Origin: Armatimonadota bacterium | Lineage (GTDB): Bacteria; Armatimonadota; Armatimonadia; Armatimonadales; Armatimonadaceae | Assembly (NCBI GenBank): GCA_043754515.1 | Contig: JAYUUO010000312.1 | Location: forward strand, 1 to 20,240 | DNA: 20,240 nt | Direction: 5' to 3' | Shown here: piece after piece, positions 17,756 to 20,240 of the stretch | How positions within the stretch are numbered: position 1 is the stretch's first letter | Layout of the letters: each line of letters begins with the position of its first letter | Position numbers and translations under genes: made by a program | Notes under the pieces: model-generated | The model's database searches: none | The model's input: only the letters and a program-made list of their open reading frames with translations | What the model was told of the DNA's origin: nothing

Positions 17756-19687
17756 CTACGACGCGAGGCGTAGCACGACGCGCCCCCATCGCCCCTCGCT
17801 CGTCGTGGACCGCTCCAGGTCTACGAACAGGGCGGGCGCGTCGCCGAGCGGCGGCACCGTGGCGCGAAACCGCGCGGTGTCGTCCGGCTCGGTAGTGACT
17901 TCGAATCGCACCGGCGGCACCCCTGTCGTGGTCGCCTTGCCCGACTTAATGCGGAGCGCGTCCGGCGTTTCCAGAGTCGCTTCGAGTAGGACCGCGGCCC
18001 CGACGTCGCCCGACTCGCGTACCACCAGTCGGAGCGTTGTCGCGTCTTCCGGCGCGGTGTCGGGGGTCAGCGATTCGAGGATCAGGATCGGCGCGTCCGC
18101 CTTTGCTCCCGCGTGCGTGCCGGGATTCTCCGCGCGTAGCCGCCGCGTCTCCGTCGCCGCCGTGCGGATCTCCAGGGTCAGCGCGGGCCCATTCCCGTTG
18201 CCGCCGACCTGCGCCCGTAGCGTCAGCACCGCGACCTCGGCGGTCGCGGGTAGCAGTTCGAGAGACACATCGGGACGGTACATTTCGAGGACAACGGGGG
18301 CGGGCATGACTTCTCCAATCGGGGCGGGGGCGGTGCCCGCTGTTCCTGCCACTCCGAACTCCGTCGTTCCCTGGGAGCGGGCACTGGTACTGGTAGCGCG
18401 GATCGGGGCGGATGTGTAGGTCGGTACAGATTCAATGGGGACGGCTCGCCGGGCATCACGTCGCGTCCTCTCCCCCGACACAGGAACAGGCGCAGACAGG
18501 AACGAGGGGCGCGCCGCCTCTTCCTCCGCTTCCCTAACGGGTGAGGGGATGGCGACCACTTTCTCCTCTTCATCAGACGACACGGCAATCGCTTCCGGCG
18601 TGATCGTCGGCACGGCAGTCTCCTCTTCAGTAGCCGCGAACGGTACGGTACTCGCGAGTGGCGCGGTGGTTGGCTCGGCCGTGATCGAAGGGTTAGGCAG
18701 GGAGGTTGCGAGTGGCGGCGTCGGCGCGGCTTCCGGCACCGCTTCCCGGATGATTTCCTGCGTTTTCAGAGAGGTAGTGGGGGACACTTCCGCCACGACC
18801 GAGTCGCTGTTCGAAAATGACGCGGGGGGCGCGACGATAGCACCGACTTGCGGCACCCGAATTGCCTCCAATTTTTCCAGAGCCTCGGTATCACTCTCCG
18901 CGCTGAATTGCGACGGATAGGCGACCAGTACTCCGTCCATGCGCGGCAACATGTCCACGTTTCGCACGGCGGCCTCCGGCGCGAACACGGGCGGTGCGGC
19001 GACCAACACGATATCGGCGAGGGGAGCGGCGAGACGAAGAAGGCGATCCCACCGAGTGCCGCTCGTCAAAACTTCCTCTGCCTTTCTGAACACCCCCGCC
19101 GGTAGGAGAAGTAGTCCTTCCGTTCGCTGGGCGAGTTTCAGGAGTGGTTCCAATCGCGTCACGTCACCGCGCAGAAAATCAACGAGTCCCGCAGGCGGAC
19201 CTGAGACCTCTGCCTCCTCTCGTGGCACGAAAAGAGGCAGGTTGTGGAGGAGGGGGTAAGCCACGTCGGCATCGAACACCAGCACCCGGTAGCCGCGCAC
19301 CGCGGCGTCACGCGCTAGGTCGCACACGACTCTCGCCGCCGAGTCGCGCCCTGCCGGGGCGGCATCGAACGCGGTCACCGCGAAGAACCGGGTGGGTTGG
19401 TCGCCCGCCATTGCCTGATCCGGGAGCGAGAGCGCGTCCCAAACCTGCTGGCAGGCATCCTCATTGACAGCCTCCTCCCAGCCCCCCCCTGGCTCAAAAA
19501 CCGCCAGCACCGGGAGCGTCGCGCTGTCTTCGTCCTCATACTCCTGGGAGTCGTCCGCGGCGGGGGGGGGGATCGGCTCTGGATCGGGCGGCGGCACGGG
19601 CTTGCGTTTGCCGAACGAAAAAATAGCGGAGGCAGCGGTACCGACGGCGGTCAGCGCGAGAGGGAGTAAGTAAGGGGCGTGCGGCAT
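17756..19687 (-). CDS. Membrane-anchored protein with degenerate CpsD/CapB (BY-kinase)/MinD-ParA-like P-loop domain, long acidic Pro/Ala/Thr linker and unknown beta-rich C-terminal domain
   Basis: N-terminal hydrophobic helix; RVLVFDAD...P.LH, GLVDFL, LLLLPAG, DIVLVAAPPV and DGVLV follow the BY-kinase motif order. ATG 19687 is preferred because GTG 19699 abuts a -10 box. Confidence 0.72.
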   Translation of the reverse strand: MPHAPYLLPLALTAVGTAASAIFSFGKRKPVPPPDPEPIPPPAADDSQEYEDEDSATLPVLAVFEPGGGWEEAVNEDACQQVWDALSLPDQAMAGDQPTRFFAVTAFDAAPAGRDSAARVVCDLARDAAVRGYRVLVFDADVAYPLLHNLPLFVPREEAEVSGPPAGLVDFLRGDVTRLEPLLKLAQRTEGLLLLPAGVFRKAEEVLTSGTRWDRLLRLAAPLADIVLVAAPPVFAPEAAVRNVDMLPRMDGVLVAYPSQFSAESDTEALEKLEAIRVPQVGAIVAPPASFSNSDSVVAEVSPTTSLKTQEIIREAVPEAAPTPPLATSLPNPSITAEPTTAPLASTVPFAATEEETAVPTITPEAIAVSSDEEEKVVAIPSPVREAEEEAARPSFLSAPVPVSGERTRRDARRAVPIESVPTYTSAPIRATSTSARSQGTTEFGVAGTAGTAPAPIGEVMPAPVVLEMYRPDVSLELLPATAEVAVLTLRAQVGGNGNGPALTLEIRTAATETRRLRAENPGTHAGAKADAPILILESLTPDTAPEDATTLRLVVRESGDVGAAVLLEATLETPDALRIKSGKATTTGVPPVRFEVTTEPDDTARFRATVPPLGDAPALFVDLERSTTSEGRWGRVVLRLAS

Positions 19688-19700
19688 ATCGTTATCCACG

Positions 19701-19730
19701 ATTGTAAACGAAAGAGGGTATCCAACGCAA
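19701..19730 (-). promoter_or_regulatory. Putative sigma70 promoter of the BY-kinase-like gene
   Basis: Minus strand TTGCGT (19730-19725), 18-nt spacer, TACAAT (19706-19701). Confidence 0.55.
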
Positions 19731-19792
19731 GCACTCGCACCCCTATTTTAGCAAGGCCGCATTCCTTGTATGATGGCCTAGCGGGCCGAGTC

Positions 19793-19895
19793 CGGGCGAC
19801 CGAACTCATATAGAGCATTGGTTTCCCGCTCCAGATCCTAAACCCGTCAGGTCGCGTGAGAAAGCGATATGGGGATGAACCAGAACTTGCGCCCG
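19793..19895 (+). ncRNA. Candidate structured RNA with partial resemblance to SRP RNA domain IV
   Basis: Closing stem CGGGCG/CGCCCG, inner TGGTT-TCCC/GGGA-AACCA stem, and apical AACCCGTCAGGTC-GC-GTGA-GAA-AGCGAT. Possible -10 TATGAT at 19769-19774. Confidence 0.3.
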
Positions 19896-19910
19896 AATGC
19901 GGCGAAACCT

Positions 19911-19939
19911 TTGCACGGAGCGTCGAAAGGTGGTATATC
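19911..19939 (+). promoter_or_regulatory. Putative sigma70 promoter for the second tuf
   Basis: TTGCAC (19911-19916), 17-nt spacer ending TGG, TATATC (19934-19939). Confidence 0.6.
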
Positions 19940-19946
19940 AGTCCGG

Positions 19947-20033
19947 CGTGTTGCCTCCTTTTTGGTGAAGGGTCGTTACTCATTTTCTTTGAACGACCGC
20001 TGGTTCGATTCCGGCACGGCGATCGCGAACACG
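19947..20033 (+). ncRNA. tRNA-like cloverleaf element in the tuf 5' leader (not a canonical tRNA)
   Basis: D-like arm CCTTTT-TGGT-GAAGGG (19957-19972), middle stem TCGTT/AACGA with a 14-nt loop, T-arm GCTGG-TTCGATT-CCGGC (19999-20015), and closing stem GTTGCC/GGCGAT or CGTGTT/AACACG. No CCA end. Confidence 0.55.
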
Positions 20034-20057
20034 GACGGAACATTGGTTCCGTCTTCT
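20033..20057 (+). terminator. Leader hairpin, possible attenuator or pause site upstream of tuf
   Basis: GGACGGAAC-ATTG-GTTCCGTCT 9-bp stem followed by only a short pyrimidine run. Confidence 0.35.
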
Positions 20058-20144
20058 GGCTATCGTGCGGGGCTACTGGATAGGGGCACCTGCATAATCT
20101 GAATGACACAGATCGCGCCCGCATACGGCGCGAGGAGCAAACAA

Positions 20145-20240
20145 ATGGCGAAGGCGAAATTCGAGCGTAGCAAGCCACACGTGAACATCGGCACGATCGG
20201 CCACGTGGACCATGGGAAGACGTCCCTGACTGCGGCGATC
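20145..20240 (+). CDS. tuf: Elongation factor Tu, N-terminal 32 codons (partial, cut by window end)
   Basis: [32 protein letters not shown] containing the P-loop [16 protein letters not shown] at 20132-20137. Confidence 0.97.
   Translation, partial: MAKAKFERSKPHVNIGTIGHVDHGKTSLTAAI

Noticed and set aside
19829..19876. Moco riboswitch (CCTAA...TATGG resemblance)
   Set aside because: The remaining conserved elements are missing and no molybdenum-related gene is adjacent.
19947..20033. Functional tRNA, tRNA-Sec or YrlA-type Y RNA
   Set aside because: No 7-nt anticodon loop, regular acceptor stem, CCA or long variable arm. Arm order is D-then-T rather than the permuted YrlA arrangement, and no Ro/rsr gene is in the window.
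19651..20178. 175-aa minus-strand ORF and short + ORFs in the tuf upstream region
   Set aside because: They overlap promoters, structured RNA candidates and the tuf start, and lack protein-like composition.

Overview
GC-rich bacterial chromosomal segment; gene content suggests Armatimonadota or a similar lineage, which is an inference rather than a search result. The window starts inside the 3' end of a tuf gene and ends inside the 5' end of a tuf gene on the same strand. Positions 193-8187 carry the S10 cluster and the first three spc genes (rpsJ-rplC-rplD-rplW-rplB-rpsS-rplV-rpsC-rplP-rpmC-rpsQ-rplN-rplX-rplE). The cluster stops after rplE at a strong hairpin, with no rpsN/rpsH. The ribosomal proteins have unusual extensions and insertions, and several spacers are long and packed with hairpins. 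The right half holds a DUF4058-type protein, GTP-dependent PEP carboxykinase, a CBM-like exported protein, a HIT hydrolase, pheA, a degenerate BY-kinase/ParA-like protein and three pseudogenes; several of these genes look leaderless. The most intriguing signal is a tRNA-shaped RNA element (D-like arm, perfect T-arm, no canonical anticodon loop or CCA) between a sigma70-like promoter and the second tuf. It is followed by an attenuator-like hairpin and preceded by a second structured element resembling SRP RNA domain IV.
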